NCBI GenBank assembly: GCA_963666205.1 | Contig: OY762654.1 | Coordinates: 1,216,001-1,280,000, forward strand | From: Synergistales bacterium | GTDB lineage: Bacteria; Synergistota; Synergistia; Synergistales; JAFGMB01 | Direction: 5' to 3' | DNA length: 64,000 bases | In this document: positions 54,728 through 64,000 of the stretch, piece by piece | Position numbering within the stretch: position 1 is the first letter of the stretch | Layout: each line of letters begins with the position of its first letter | Notes under the pieces: model-generated | The model's database searches: none | What the model saw: the letters and a program-made list of their open reading frames with translations, nothing else | Told to the model about the DNA's origin: nothing | Made by a program: the position numbers and the translations under genes

Positions 54728-55855
54728 TTATTTCAGCTCCAACCTTTCGAAGGCCATACCCTTGAAGGAATCCTTCATAACATGGAACACGTCCTTATCC
54801 ACAAGGAATCGGAATATCTCATCAGCCTTTGCTTCCGGATCAACATCCTGAAAACGGTCAGGATAAAGCATTTTACCTATAAAATAGGCATTTGCCAATA
54901 TACTCCCGAAATTCTGGCTATACCAGTTATAGGGAAGGACCCCATATACTTCTCCAGTTTTAACAGCCTTAAGTTCCTGCCAGATGGGATCGGTCCTTAA
55001 TTCTGCAAGGGCACTTGCATCTTTCGGAGCATTGAGGGTGGAAAGATCGATAAAGATCACTTCCGGATCCCATTGAAGTATCTTTTCCCTGGAAACATCA
55101 GCCTGTGAGGAGGATCCTGTAAGCTCTTCTCCTGCAAAAGCCACGTTAGGAGTTCCCGTAAAGGCAAAAGGTGGATAACCCTTTTCCGTGGATCGAAGAC
55201 CATGGGGACCCTTGTAGGCGATCCCTCCCACATAAGCAGTTTTCCTGGAACCCTCTTCCATACCCTTCATCCGTCTGGACAGGTCCGTTATGTTATCTTC
55301 CAGAAAATCAATTACTGCTTCTGCCCTGTCTTTTTTGTCCATTACCTGCCCCATTATTCTTATGGACTGATAAAGGTTATCTTTCTGGTTAAAGAGGTTC
55401 CCGTATTCAAGGGGTATAACGGGTATACCAGTAGATTCCTGAAGCTTTCCTGCCGGAGTTCCCATCTCAGGATAGGTTTTGAAAATAACCTGCGGAAGAG
55501 ACTCAAGGGAAACTACAAGCTCTGGCCTTGTAAGACCTCGAAATTCACCTGTCTGGGGCAGATTTCTGAAAAAGGGGTTAGCTAGAAAATAGGGTCTTGG
55601 ATCTATGGGGATGTTTCTTTTCTCGATATCCTCAACTCCCGAAATCGTGCGGTGAGCCTGAAGATAGGTAAGCAATCTGAGGCAACCGGGGCCGGAACAT
55701 AGCACTTTTTCGACTTTCCTGTCAGCACTCAGAACATTGCCAAAGGCATCTTTTACGTCGGGATCATTCTCTGCAGAGAGAATTCCTGAAAAAGAGATCA
55801 GTAGGATTAAAGCAATAATGGTTATATTACATATTTTTCTGGAAGACAAAACCAT
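54728..55855 (-). CDS. Class III (iron/cobalamin/nickel-chelate) ABC substrate-binding protein
   Basis: Signal peptide; EKILQWDPEVIF, LKAVKTGEVY; exact start uncertain. Confidence 0.88.
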   Translation of the reverse strand: MVLSSRKICNITIIALILLISFSGILSAENDPDVKDAFGNVLSADRKVEKVLCSGPGCLRLLTYLQAHRTISGVEDIEKRNIPIDPRPYFLANPFFRNLPQTGEFRGLTRPELVVSLESLPQVIFKTYPEMGTPAGKLQESTGIPVIPLEYGNLFNQKDNLYQSIRIMGQVMDKKDRAEAVIDFLEDNITDLSRRMKGMEEGSRKTAYVGGIAYKGPHGLRSTEKGYPPFAFTGTPNVAFAGEELTGSSSQADVSREKILQWDPEVIFIDLSTLNAPKDASALAELRTDPIWQELKAVKTGEVYGVLPYNWYSQNFGSILANAYFIGKMLYPDRFQDVDPEAKADEIFRFLVDKDVFHVMKDSFKGMAFERLELK

Positions 55856-55905
55856 CACCTCGTAACAGGGATTAGTAAAAACAGATTCAGAACATTTCCA
55901 GTATT

Positions 55906-55933
55906 GTAGCACATATTATTGATTTCGTAGCAC
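55906..55933 (-). promoter_or_regulatory. Candidate NikR-type operator
   Basis: GTGCTAC-N14-GTGCTAC direct repeat just upstream of the ABC-FmdE operon. Confidence 0.5.
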
Positions 55934-56039
55934 GATAGATCCGATTTTCAAGCCCTTACTATCTCTAATACAAAAAAAGAGGACACCCCTCTCCAGGGCT
56001 GTCCTCAAAAGTTTCCTCATCTGTACTATTTATGTAATA

Positions 56040-56441
56040 CTACTCTCTGGGTTGTACCGGGTAACCCGCCTGGATCCAGGCTTTCCAGCCTCCCTTGAGA
56101 ACCTGAATATTTTCGAAACCTGCATCGATCATTTTTCGCGCCACACTGGCGCTTGTGAATTCGAAGGGTCAGGCACAATAGATAACGTATCTCTTGTCCT
56201 TGGGATAATCTGGAATCCATTCTTCCGTCTTCCAGGGATCTCCTCTGAAAGAACCCTCGATCATCTCATCACTCTTTTTCCAGTCACTGGTCTTCCTTGA
56301 ATCAATTACCACAAGATCTTCTGTTCCCAAAACACTGTTGAGTTCATCTACAGTGATCTTTGGAACAGCTTCTGCGATCATGGGAATGAACAGAAATAGC
56401 GACAACAATAGAACCAGGAACAGGGGTTTTCTAATTTTCAT
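56040..56441 (-). CDS. Exported rhodanese-domain selenoprotein 1 (TGA at 56169-56171 read as Sec)
   Basis: YCA-TGA-PFEFTSASVARKMIDAGFENIQVLKGGWKAWIQAGYPVQPRE*: the rhodanese domain is complete only with readthrough. Confidence 0.88.
56138..56152 (-). promoter_or_regulatory. SECIS-like hairpin 1
   Basis: GCGCCA-GUG-UGGCGC starting 16 nt after the UGA. Confidence 0.7.
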
Positions 56442-56621
56442 AAACAAAATATCACCTCCTTTCATATATTTTCACATTTTAACATAATACGTGTTTAAAT
56501 ACATATCTATATTCTCCCCGGGTTATTTATCCGGATCTACAGAAATAAGGAATTCCAATTTAAAATTTAACAAGTCCTGACTCAACTTTTGGACCTGATC
56601 ATGACTATTGAACTGCAAAGG

Positions 56622-56652
56622 AAAAGACAGCCCACTCTTCAGGCTGTCTTTT
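56622..56652. terminator. Intrinsic terminator after rhodanese 2
   Basis: aaaagacagcc/ggctgtctttt; a related hairpin at 55972-56006 follows rhodanese 1. Confidence 0.75.
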
Positions 56653-56686
56653 AAAGGATCTTCACATTACGCATTTTATAGAATGA

Positions 56687-57097
56687 TCATTCTCTTGGCT
56701 GTACCGGATAACCCGCCCTGATCCAGGCTTTCCAGCCTCCCTCAAGGGCCTGTACATTCTCATACCCCCCCTGGATCATTGTCTGCGCCACCCTGGCGCT
56801 GGTGAATTCAGAGGGTCAGGCGCAATAAAGAACAAATTTCTTATCCCTGGGGTATTTTTTCATCCACTCTACCGTCTTCTCCGGATCCTCCCTGACGGCA
56901 CCCTGGATCATTTTATCGCTCTCTTCCCAGTCGCTTTGTTTCCGGACATCGATAATAACAAGATTCTCTTCTCCCCAGATACTGTAGAGTTCATCTACTT
57001 TTATCTTTGGCACTGCTGCTTCAGAAATTACAGGTATCATAAAAAACACCATAAACACAAGAAAAAGGAGGAGAGGTTTTCCAGCTTTTTGAAACAT
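56687..57097 (-). CDS. Exported rhodanese-domain selenoprotein 2 (TGA at 56816-56818 read as Sec)
   Basis: YCA-TGA-PSEFTSARVAQTMIQGGYENVQALEGGWKAWIRAGYPVQPRE*; GGAGGT RBS, signal peptide. Confidence 0.88.
56785..56799 (-). promoter_or_regulatory. SECIS-like hairpin 2
   Basis: GCGCCA-GGG-UGGCGC starting 16 nt after the UGA. Confidence 0.7.
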
Positions 57098-57314
57098 AGG
57101 ATCACCTCCATACCAGTATGCTTGTATTTTATCATACATAACTACCATATCATTGTTGCACACTTGTAAACCGAGCTTCAGAAATACCTGGACCATGATA
57201 GAAGTATAGCTATCTGTCATAAAACAAGAAAAGAGCGGACTCTTTATCAAGCCCGCTCAAATTAATAGACGGTATTTCACTTCAATATATTTCTCTCAAC
57301 TTATCATTGACACT

Positions 57315-58700
57315 TTATTCGGGTATTTCAGAATAATTTTCTCTTATTCCTTCATTTCCCACTTTATTTTCACCGTTCCACCATCCGGGAAGAAGCCTTG
57401 CAATTACTATTGTACCCAGGGCAAGGGCTGTAAAGAACATCCCGACATGCAAGATACCGTATTTCATCATCAGGAGAGGCATGAATGCAAAGATAAACCA
57501 TATGTAAAGAGAGGTAATGGCAAAGGCCATTGACCATGAACTGAGAGCCTCAGTCTTGAAATCCGGATCGACAAGTCGAAGCAGTAGAATACCTGTAGCA
57601 CCCACTCCGGTACATTGACCAAAGTTAATAATACTTCTTTCAAACCAGTCCTGGCGTGGTAGCATTCTCTTCCCAAAATACATGGTAATGAAAATAGTCA
57701 TTGCCAGACCCACACTACAAAGGACGGTTATGGGTATGATATAACCCATAACTGCTTTAACCGGCAGAGAAATGATCGCTGAAACGACGAGAAAATCGAC
57801 AAACATACCCATCAGTCTGGCCTTGACTACAGGATCTATCAGCCAGTCTAACCCCACCTTACACATGCCAAACCATATAAGGGCCATAAGGATGATCCCC
57901 CATGCCCATGGAGCCACTCGATGGATTATGCTGCCTGCGAATAATTCCCTGACCTGAAAAGCGGCACCTACCGTGATAAGGATAACTGCAAGCATGAAGG
58001 AGTATGGTTCAATCGCAGCAGGATACTGGATCTGTTTCCCTAGGTATTTTGCATTTTCCGGACGGCTATAGCCCTTGATGATCTCTTCCGGAAGATCATC
58101 CGGACTGGATAGAAAATTGGTATAGCCCTTTCGAGCCGCATAATTTATCATCACGATTCCCGCCAGGATCCCTCCCAGAATACCTACAGTAGCGGTAGTC
58201 AAACCGACACCCTGGCTGTCAAGCCACCAGTCAACCCCCATTTCTTTAAGGGATGATCCCAGCATAGCAGCTGTTCCATGCCCTCCGGCAAATCCGGCCC
58301 AGAGCTCGAAACCAAAAGTTTTATAGGTTACCTTAAGAAAGGCGGCTCCTGTTAGCAACCCTACCCCGATCTGGGCAAGAAAGTGGAGATTAAGGTGAAG
58401 GAATTGCCGCCCAACTCCCCCGGCAAGTTCTTTTGGTTTTGGGAGCTTGATTCCAAGAACTGATGCGGTGATAACAACCGTAATGAGAACCCCTGGAAGT
58501 TTTGAAAATTCTTTCATCCATTCTTCACTTACCGGTATTACTCCCAACACGTTAGGACACAGTATCAAACCTATTACTCCGCCGATAAGGCTTGCAGGAA
58601 GAAACAGTTTTCTAAGAGGTTTTACCCAGACCCTTACGACGTATCCAAGCAACAGAAAAACACTCAACAAAATGAACTGTTTGAGAATCGTTTCAGACAT
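57315..58700 (-). CDS. gltS: Sodium/glutamate symporter (GltS/ESS family)
   Basis: LPASLIGG, GFAGGHGTAA, FGQCTGV.ATG.LLLR.VDP. Confidence 0.85.
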   Translation of the reverse strand: MSETILKQFILLSVFLLLGYVVRVWVKPLRKLFLPASLIGGVIGLILCPNVLGVIPVSEEWMKEFSKLPGVLITVVITASVLGIKLPKPKELAGGVGRQFLHLNLHFLAQIGVGLLTGAAFLKVTYKTFGFELWAGFAGGHGTAAMLGSSLKEMGVDWWLDSQGVGLTTATVGILGGILAGIVMINYAARKGYTNFLSSPDDLPEEIIKGYSRPENAKYLGKQIQYPAAIEPYSFMLAVILITVGAAFQVRELFAGSIIHRVAPWAWGIILMALIWFGMCKVGLDWLIDPVVKARLMGMFVDFLVVSAIISLPVKAVMGYIIPITVLCSVGLAMTIFITMYFGKRMLPRQDWFERSIINFGQCTGVGATGILLLRLVDPDFKTEALSSWSMAFAITSLYIWFIFAFMPLLMMKYGILHVGMFFTALALGTIVIARLLPGWWNGENKVGNEGIRENYSEIPE

Positions 58701-58820
58701 ATTTTCCCCCCCTATTATCTTCTGAGATTACGGATCACATAAATCTGCCTTTATACATAAACTCCCCCAAAGAATATTTCACGGGGGAAGCCTTCCCCTG
58801 GAAAAATGATTTATTAAGGA

Positions 58821-60008
58821 CTAACCGGAAACAGATTTCCAATCTGCACTTTTTATCGCAAGATATGTCTGCCATGCAGTTCCCCATGCAAGAATACTTT
58901 CATCGAAGATCATGGCCGGATGATGGACCCCATTTTCACCATTTACCCCAAGCATAATGAAACATGATGGTATCTCCCTGGAAAAGAAAGAAAAATCTTC
59001 TGAACCCATAAAGGGATTTTCCTTTTCGATGACTTCCTCCCAGAATTCCGGTCCCATTTCAAGAACTTTCTGGGTCAGGAATGGATGATTAATAACAGAT
59101 CTGTAGTTGCACTTATATTCGAAAGAGGTATCAAGCCCGTATGAATCTGCAGTTCCATGACATATCTCTTCGAGTCTCCTCTGGATAAGTCTCTGCACTG
59201 GGTCGGTAAAAGTTCTTACAGATCCTGAAAGAGAAGCAGATCCAGGAATAATATTCTCCCCGGAACCTGCATGGACCTGTCCTATTGAGACTACCGCCTC
59301 TTCGAAGGGGTCGATATTCCTGCTTACCAGGGTGTTAATGGCTCCTATCATCTGGCCAAGGGCTGGTATGGGATCTTTAACCAGGTGAGGTATGGATGCA
59401 TGTCCTCCCTTACCCTGGATCTCAATATAGAAACGGTCGCTATTCGCAGTGAAGGCATTTTTTCTTGTAGTGATGCTCTTGTGAGGCAGAAGGACCGGCA
59501 TTAGATGATGTCCGAAAATACAATCCATGGGATATTTTTCAAGGAGACCCTCATCGATCATCTTCTTTGCCCCCGCAAAACCTTCCTCAGCCGGCTGAAA
59601 AACAAGGATGACTTCTCCCTTTAAATCCTTTTTACGCTCAGCGATCAGTTCGGCGACCCCCAGCAGCATGGCCACATGTCCATCATGACAGCAGGCATGC
59701 ATAACCCCTCCAGAAACGGAAGAATAGGGTAAACCTGTTTCCTCTTTCATGGGCAGGGCATCCATATCCGCCCTCATCCCTCTTGCAGGCCCAGGTTTAT
59801 CGCCTTTAATTCTTCCGACAACACCAGTAACACCAATACCAGTAGAAACTTCATAACCCAGAAGATCGAGGACTTCTGCCACTATTGATGAAGTCCTGAT
59901 TTCCTCAAAAGCCAGCTCAGGGTGTTTATGGAAGTCTCTCCTCCACGAAATGATCTTATCCTCTATGGATAAAGCGCTTTGCAGAAAAGATCGAGCCTCT
60001 GTATTCAT
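58821..60008 (-). CDS. M20D amidohydrolase
   Basis: HPELAFEE, RADMDALP, MHACCHD, FQPAEE, GSEDF; start could be the GTG at 60017. Confidence 0.92.
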   Translation of the reverse strand: MNTEARSFLQSALSIEDKIISWRRDFHKHPELAFEEIRTSSIVAEVLDLLGYEVSTGIGVTGVVGRIKGDKPGPARGMRADMDALPMKEETGLPYSSVSGGVMHACCHDGHVAMLLGVAELIAERKKDLKGEVILVFQPAEEGFAGAKKMIDEGLLEKYPMDCIFGHHLMPVLLPHKSITTRKNAFTANSDRFYIEIQGKGGHASIPHLVKDPIPALGQMIGAINTLVSRNIDPFEEAVVSIGQVHAGSGENIIPGSASLSGSVRTFTDPVQRLIQRRLEEICHGTADSYGLDTSFEYKCNYRSVINHPFLTQKVLEMGPEFWEEVIEKENPFMGSEDFSFFSREIPSCFIMLGVNGENGVHHPAMIFDESILAWGTAWQTYLAIKSADWKSVSG

Positions 60009-60024
60009 TACCTTCACCTTTTTT

Positions 60025-61356
60025 TCAGTTGCTCATAAGATTTGGCAGGAATAGGGATATCTGCGGAAATAAAATAAGTATCCCAAGAACAACGAGTTCG
60101 CAGAAAATAAAAGGCCATACCCCCCTGAACACCTCTTCCAGAGAAGTATCCTTACCTGCCACACCTTTCAGGGCATAGACGTTCAGACCAACCGGCGGAG
60201 TGATTGCTGCTATCTCACCAAGTTTCATAATGATCACACCGAACCAGATAGGATCATAACCAAGAGATACGATGATCGGGAAAAAGATGGGCAGGGTAAG
60301 GGCCATGATGCCGGTAGGAATAACTATCATCCCAAGAAGGAACCAGATCAAAAGGATTCCTGAAAGCACAGCAAACCTGGGCATATCCCATCCTGTTATC
60401 AGGTTTGAAGCAAAAGAGGGAATTCTTGTAAGGGCAAGAAATCTGCCAAAGAACAGTGCTCCCACCATAATAATGAATATCATGGAAGTAGTATGGGCCG
60501 AATCCCTCATACCCTTCCTGATAGCCTGAATGGATCGGATCTTCCCCTGTTGAAACCCCAGGACCAGCGCGGAAAGGGCTCCTACTGCTCCGGCTTCGGT
60601 AGGAGTGAAGATACCTGAATAGATGCCACCCAGCACTATGGCTGCTATCAATCCAATTGACCACATCTTCCGTAACGAACCCAGTTTGCCTTTCTCCACT
60701 TTTCCGATTCTTTCACTTTCAGCAGAATCCCGAGGGGCAAGAGAGGGATTTCTAAGCACCCTTAGAATTATCATCACCGAAAAGGCGGCAGCTGTAAGGA
60801 TACCTGGAAGAATCCCTGCCATGAATAATTTTCCTATAGACTGTTCTGTAAAAATTGCATAGACAATAAAACCGGCACTTGGAGGGATCATTGCGGCAAA
60901 ACCGCCTGCAGCAGCGATACTTCCCAAAGCGAAAGGTTTATCGTACTTATAACGGGTCATCTCCGGCAGTACTATTTTCCCGAATAATGCTGCGGTTGCC
61001 AGGGATGAACCCGATACTGCCCCAAAAGCGGCACAACCGAAACAGGTGGCTATGGCCAAAGATCCAGGCAAGCCTTCGGTCAGATCATGTATACCTTCAT
61101 AAGCCTGCTGTGCAAAAGAACCCATGGCCGCAAAAGCTCCCATCAGGATGAAAAGAGGAAGGGCACAGAAGGTTGGCGTCGCAATGGTATAGTACATTGT
61201 CTGACTGAGAAAGCTCATAGCTCCCTGAAATCCCACCAGAACCGCGATCCCCAGAAATCCAACAACAAAGAAGTCAATAGCAATATGGATCCCCTTACCA
61301 AGCAATATCAACAACAGAAGGATACCTATCAGACCAACAGTTACAGGATCCATCAT
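60025..61356 (-). CDS. dctM: TRAP transporter large permease
   Basis: ALPLFILMG, SGSSLA, IPPS, FTPTEA, ITPPVG. Confidence 0.93.
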   Translation of the reverse strand: MMDPVTVGLIGILLLLILLGKGIHIAIDFFVVGFLGIAVLVGFQGAMSFLSQTMYYTIATPTFCALPLFILMGAFAAMGSFAQQAYEGIHDLTEGLPGSLAIATCFGCAAFGAVSGSSLATAALFGKIVLPEMTRYKYDKPFALGSIAAAGGFAAMIPPSAGFIVYAIFTEQSIGKLFMAGILPGILTAAAFSVMIILRVLRNPSLAPRDSAESERIGKVEKGKLGSLRKMWSIGLIAAIVLGGIYSGIFTPTEAGAVGALSALVLGFQQGKIRSIQAIRKGMRDSAHTTSMIFIIMVGALFFGRFLALTRIPSFASNLITGWDMPRFAVLSGILLIWFLLGMIVIPTGIMALTLPIFFPIIVSLGYDPIWFGVIIMKLGEIAAITPPVGLNVYALKGVAGKDTSLEEVFRGVWPFIFCELVVLGILILFPQISLFLPNLMSN

Positions 61357-61868
61357 TTGCCATCTCCCCCCATCGCCGGTTTTGACCAGATATCAGAGAT
61401 CATTGACACTGCATTGATCACAAGTTGGAACAGGTAGAAGATACAGCCGATAAAAATAATGAATTTCACCGGGTAGACAGGAAGAGGAGTGGTCCCTGAT
61501 ATGGCTTCCCCAGTATCAAATGAAAAGATGGCATTAACATATGAAGCGTAGGAAGCAATGATCATGAAAAGAATGGCGATCCCATAATCGAAAAGATCGG
61601 ATATTTTTCTGGAACCAGGAGACAGCTTTTCAATAAAGAATTCCACTCTTATATGGCTTCGATTCTCCTCACAATGGGATAATCCCAGGTAAACCGTTGC
61701 TACAAGAGCAAATACAGCCATTTCACTTACCCCTTGGACAGGTTTTGAGAAGAACCTTGAAACAATATCGAATAAAAGTAAAGCCATTATGGCAGTAACC
61801 AGCCATCCACTAAGCTCGGCCAGAGCGTTATTCAGTCTATGAAGCAAATCAGAAATCGAGTTGAGCAT
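61353..61868 (-). CDS. dctQ: TRAP transporter small permease
   Basis: 4 TM, HIRVE motif, between dctP and dctM. Confidence 0.9.
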   Translation of the reverse strand: MLNSISDLLHRLNNALAELSGWLVTAIMALLLFDIVSRFFSKPVQGVSEMAVFALVATVYLGLSHCEENRSHIRVEFFIEKLSPGSRKISDLFDYGIAILFMIIASYASYVNAIFSFDTGEAISGTTPLPVYPVKFIIFIGCIFYLFQLVINAVSMISDIWSKPAMGGDGK

Positions 61869-61933
61869 GGTTGCCTCCTTTTGAACCCGAAGAAAGGGCA
61901 GGTCTGTTTATGACCTGCCCCTGGATCCAAAGA

Positions 61934-63019
61934 TCATTTTTTCTCTTTTCCTATTTCTTCAGAAATATATTTCTCCATTGTTCCGAGTATTTCACGTCCG
62001 TTGGCAATGCCCATTTCTTCAGCTTCAATGATCCAGCTTTCTTTCAGATCATGCCATACACCAAGTTCAACCCATTTTCGGATATCTTCTTTCGAAGCCT
62101 CTGTAACGGTACATCCCCTGTCTTTCTGTGACAGAGCTATTCTTTCCCACTCAAGTGTATAAAGATCAGAGAATCTTTCGATAACTGACGTATTTGCTCT
62201 CAGAATTCCCTGCTGGATATCTGCCGGAAGACTGTTCCATTTCTTCAGATTAATGGTCACAAAAATAGGCATGGGAACCCATAATTCTCTGGCAGTAAAA
62301 ATATGCCTGGCGGGTTCATCAAGTTTAGTGGCATAAATACCGTCATAGTTTGTAAACACCCCGTCTATCGTCCCGGTTTGAAGGGCCATGTAGCAGTCAC
62401 TCCAGGGGACCGAAACCGGAGTAGCACCGCAAGCCTTCAACGCTTTGAGATAATTTGCGCTTGAAGCACGGACTCTCAGGCTGGAAAAATCTTCAACCTT
62501 TGTAAAGGGGCTGGTTGAACAGAGTGCCATGGGGAGCATGAATCTCATGAACAGAACCTTCTGATTCCACTTCTCCAACTCTTTGCTGAAATCGGGTATG
62601 GAATCGTAACAGTTTGTTATGGCTCTGCTCAGATTAGAGAACTTCGTAGGTCCCTCAGGAAAAAGGGCAAAAGCATTATGCATGAAAAGCTGTTTGGGGT
62701 AATAGGCAGGGAGTACATATCCCATATCCACCATTCCGTTTTTTACACCATTCAGGATTTCCTTACCCTTCAACAGAGAACCCTGCCAATATATTTCAAG
62801 GGTCACCCGGCCATCGGTATTTTTTTCAATTTCTTCTTTCATTATCTGTACAAAATTACCGCCCAGTCCGGCAGGAGGACCAGATTCCGCATATGTAAGA
62901 GTAATAACCTTTTCTGCAGAAGCAGAACTCACCGTCAATGGAAAGACAGAAATGAGGATCGTAAAGATAATGAATCCAGAAAAAAGAAGAACACTCTTTT
63001 TAGATCTTTCACTAAACAT
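61934..63019 (-). CDS. dctP: TRAP substrate-binding protein
   Basis: Signal peptide; LRVR, YMALQTGTIDG, WNSLPADIQ. Confidence 0.9.
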   Translation of the reverse strand: MFSERSKKSVLLFSGFIIFTILISVFPLTVSSASAEKVITLTYAESGPPAGLGGNFVQIMKEEIEKNTDGRVTLEIYWQGSLLKGKEILNGVKNGMVDMGYVLPAYYPKQLFMHNAFALFPEGPTKFSNLSRAITNCYDSIPDFSKELEKWNQKVLFMRFMLPMALCSTSPFTKVEDFSSLRVRASSANYLKALKACGATPVSVPWSDCYMALQTGTIDGVFTNYDGIYATKLDEPARHIFTARELWVPMPIFVTINLKKWNSLPADIQQGILRANTSVIERFSDLYTLEWERIALSQKDRGCTVTEASKEDIRKWVELGVWHDLKESWIIEAEEMGIANGREILGTMEKYISEEIGKEKK

Positions 63020-63065
63020 GTTTCATCCCCCTTTACTGATTTTTTAGACTGTCTTGATTTTACAT

Positions 63066-63998
63066 TCAGAAAAGTTCAAGGTATTTCCTCTGCAGGGAAA
63101 CTCCAAGACCAGGTTTTTCCCCGACGATCACCTCACCATTGTCAACTTCAAGTGGTGGTTCAAGAAGATCTTCCTCATAGAGTGGGACTGCAATCTGGTC
63201 ATTGTCATGACACATACAGACCTGACTGGCCGCGAAATGGACATTAGCCATCGACCCAAGACCTGCTTCAATATTGCTCCCGGCAACAGCAGTCAGACCT
63301 GCTGCTTCTGCTATGGCTGCAGTCTGTACTGCCCTGTAAAGTCCTCCAACCTTGGCTACTTTTATATTTAGGATATCGGCAGCTTCCATATCCACGATCC
63401 TTATGGCATCATGAATGCTGGAACAGCTTTCATCTGCCATAACGGGAACATCTATCTTATCCCGCACATATTTCAGACCTTTAAGGTCCCATCTCCTGAC
63501 AGGCTGTTCAACATATTCAAGACCAAGATCACTTATATCCTCATAGAAGGCGAGAGCCTCACATGCCGTAAAAGCCTGGTTTGCGTCAATCCTGAGTTTG
63601 AATTCATATCCAAATTCTTCCCGCAGCTTGTGAAGAAGTATCTTTTCCCTTTCTGTATCAGTCCCAACTTTAACTTTCAGAGTTCCATAACCATTCTCGA
63701 ACATGGCTCTGGCATCTGCCAGTCCATCTTCGATAGTCTGTATTCCGAGTACCCATGCCTGGCGAACAGAGTTTCTGACTTTCCCTCCTAAAAGTGAACA
63801 TACAGGAACCTGAAGTAATTTACCTGCAGCATCGTAAATGGCCAGATCCAGAGCTGTCTTTGCACCGTGACATTCAGCTGCTGTCCTGTCCATTCTCCGG
63901 TGGATATCAGATACATCAAGAACACTTATACCCTTAAGCTGGTGTTTGAGGTTCTTCTCGATAACCTCCTGGTCCGTGTACGCTGTTTCTCCCATGAA
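63066..63998 (-). CDS. Enolase-superfamily (MLE subgroup) enzyme, probable dipeptide epimerase; 5' end outside window
   Basis: KVK, DANQ/EQP/DES metal ligands, NIK second Lys base, C-terminal DND (DxD) motif. Confidence 0.8.
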   Translation of the reverse strand, partial: FMGETAYTDQEVIEKNLKHQLKGISVLDVSDIHRRMDRTAAECHGAKTALDLAIYDAAGKLLQVPVCSLLGGKVRNSVRQAWVLGIQTIEDGLADARAMFENGYGTLKVKVGTDTEREKILLHKLREEFGYEFKLRIDANQAFTACEALAFYEDISDLGLEYVEQPVRRWDLKGLKYVRDKIDVPVMADESCSSIHDAIRIVDMEAADILNIKVAKVGGLYRAVQTAAIAEAAGLTAVAGSNIEAGLGSMANVHFAASQVCMCHDNDQIAVPLYEEDLLEPPLEVDNGEVIVGEKPGLGVSLQRKYLELF

Positions 63999-64000
63999 AG

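Overview
64-kb bacterial window, most likely from a Synergistota genome: two surface proteins end in a Synergist-CTERM-like GGC-transmembrane-basic tail. It holds mostly metabolic and transport genes: LarA, NlpC/P60, a DEAD-box helicase, amino-acid amidohydrolase/aminotransferase clusters, two acetoacetate CoA-transferase/thiolase operons, an Mrp antiporter, NifS/NifU, a FecCD-type ABC system with FmdE, and a TRAP transporter with an enolase-family enzyme. Best signals: (1) two tandem, signal-peptide-bearing rhodanese genes with an in-frame TGA (CxU motif) and a conserved SECIS-like hairpin, i.e. probable selenoproteins truncated in the ORF track; (2) a 13.5-kb co-oriented insert (23145-36688) divided into four modules by a repeated two-armed site with an AACGT core, with half-sites at both ends and no recombinase in view; (3) a 2055-bp mnhD-mnhC duplication whose junction keeps synonymously diverged nifS and mnhE stubs; (4) a nested hairpin/terminator leader on the DEAD-box helicase; (5) a candidate NikR operator on the FecCD-FmdE operon. 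No rRNA, tRNA or CRISPR array was seen. All family calls come from motif recognition by eye, not from database searches.
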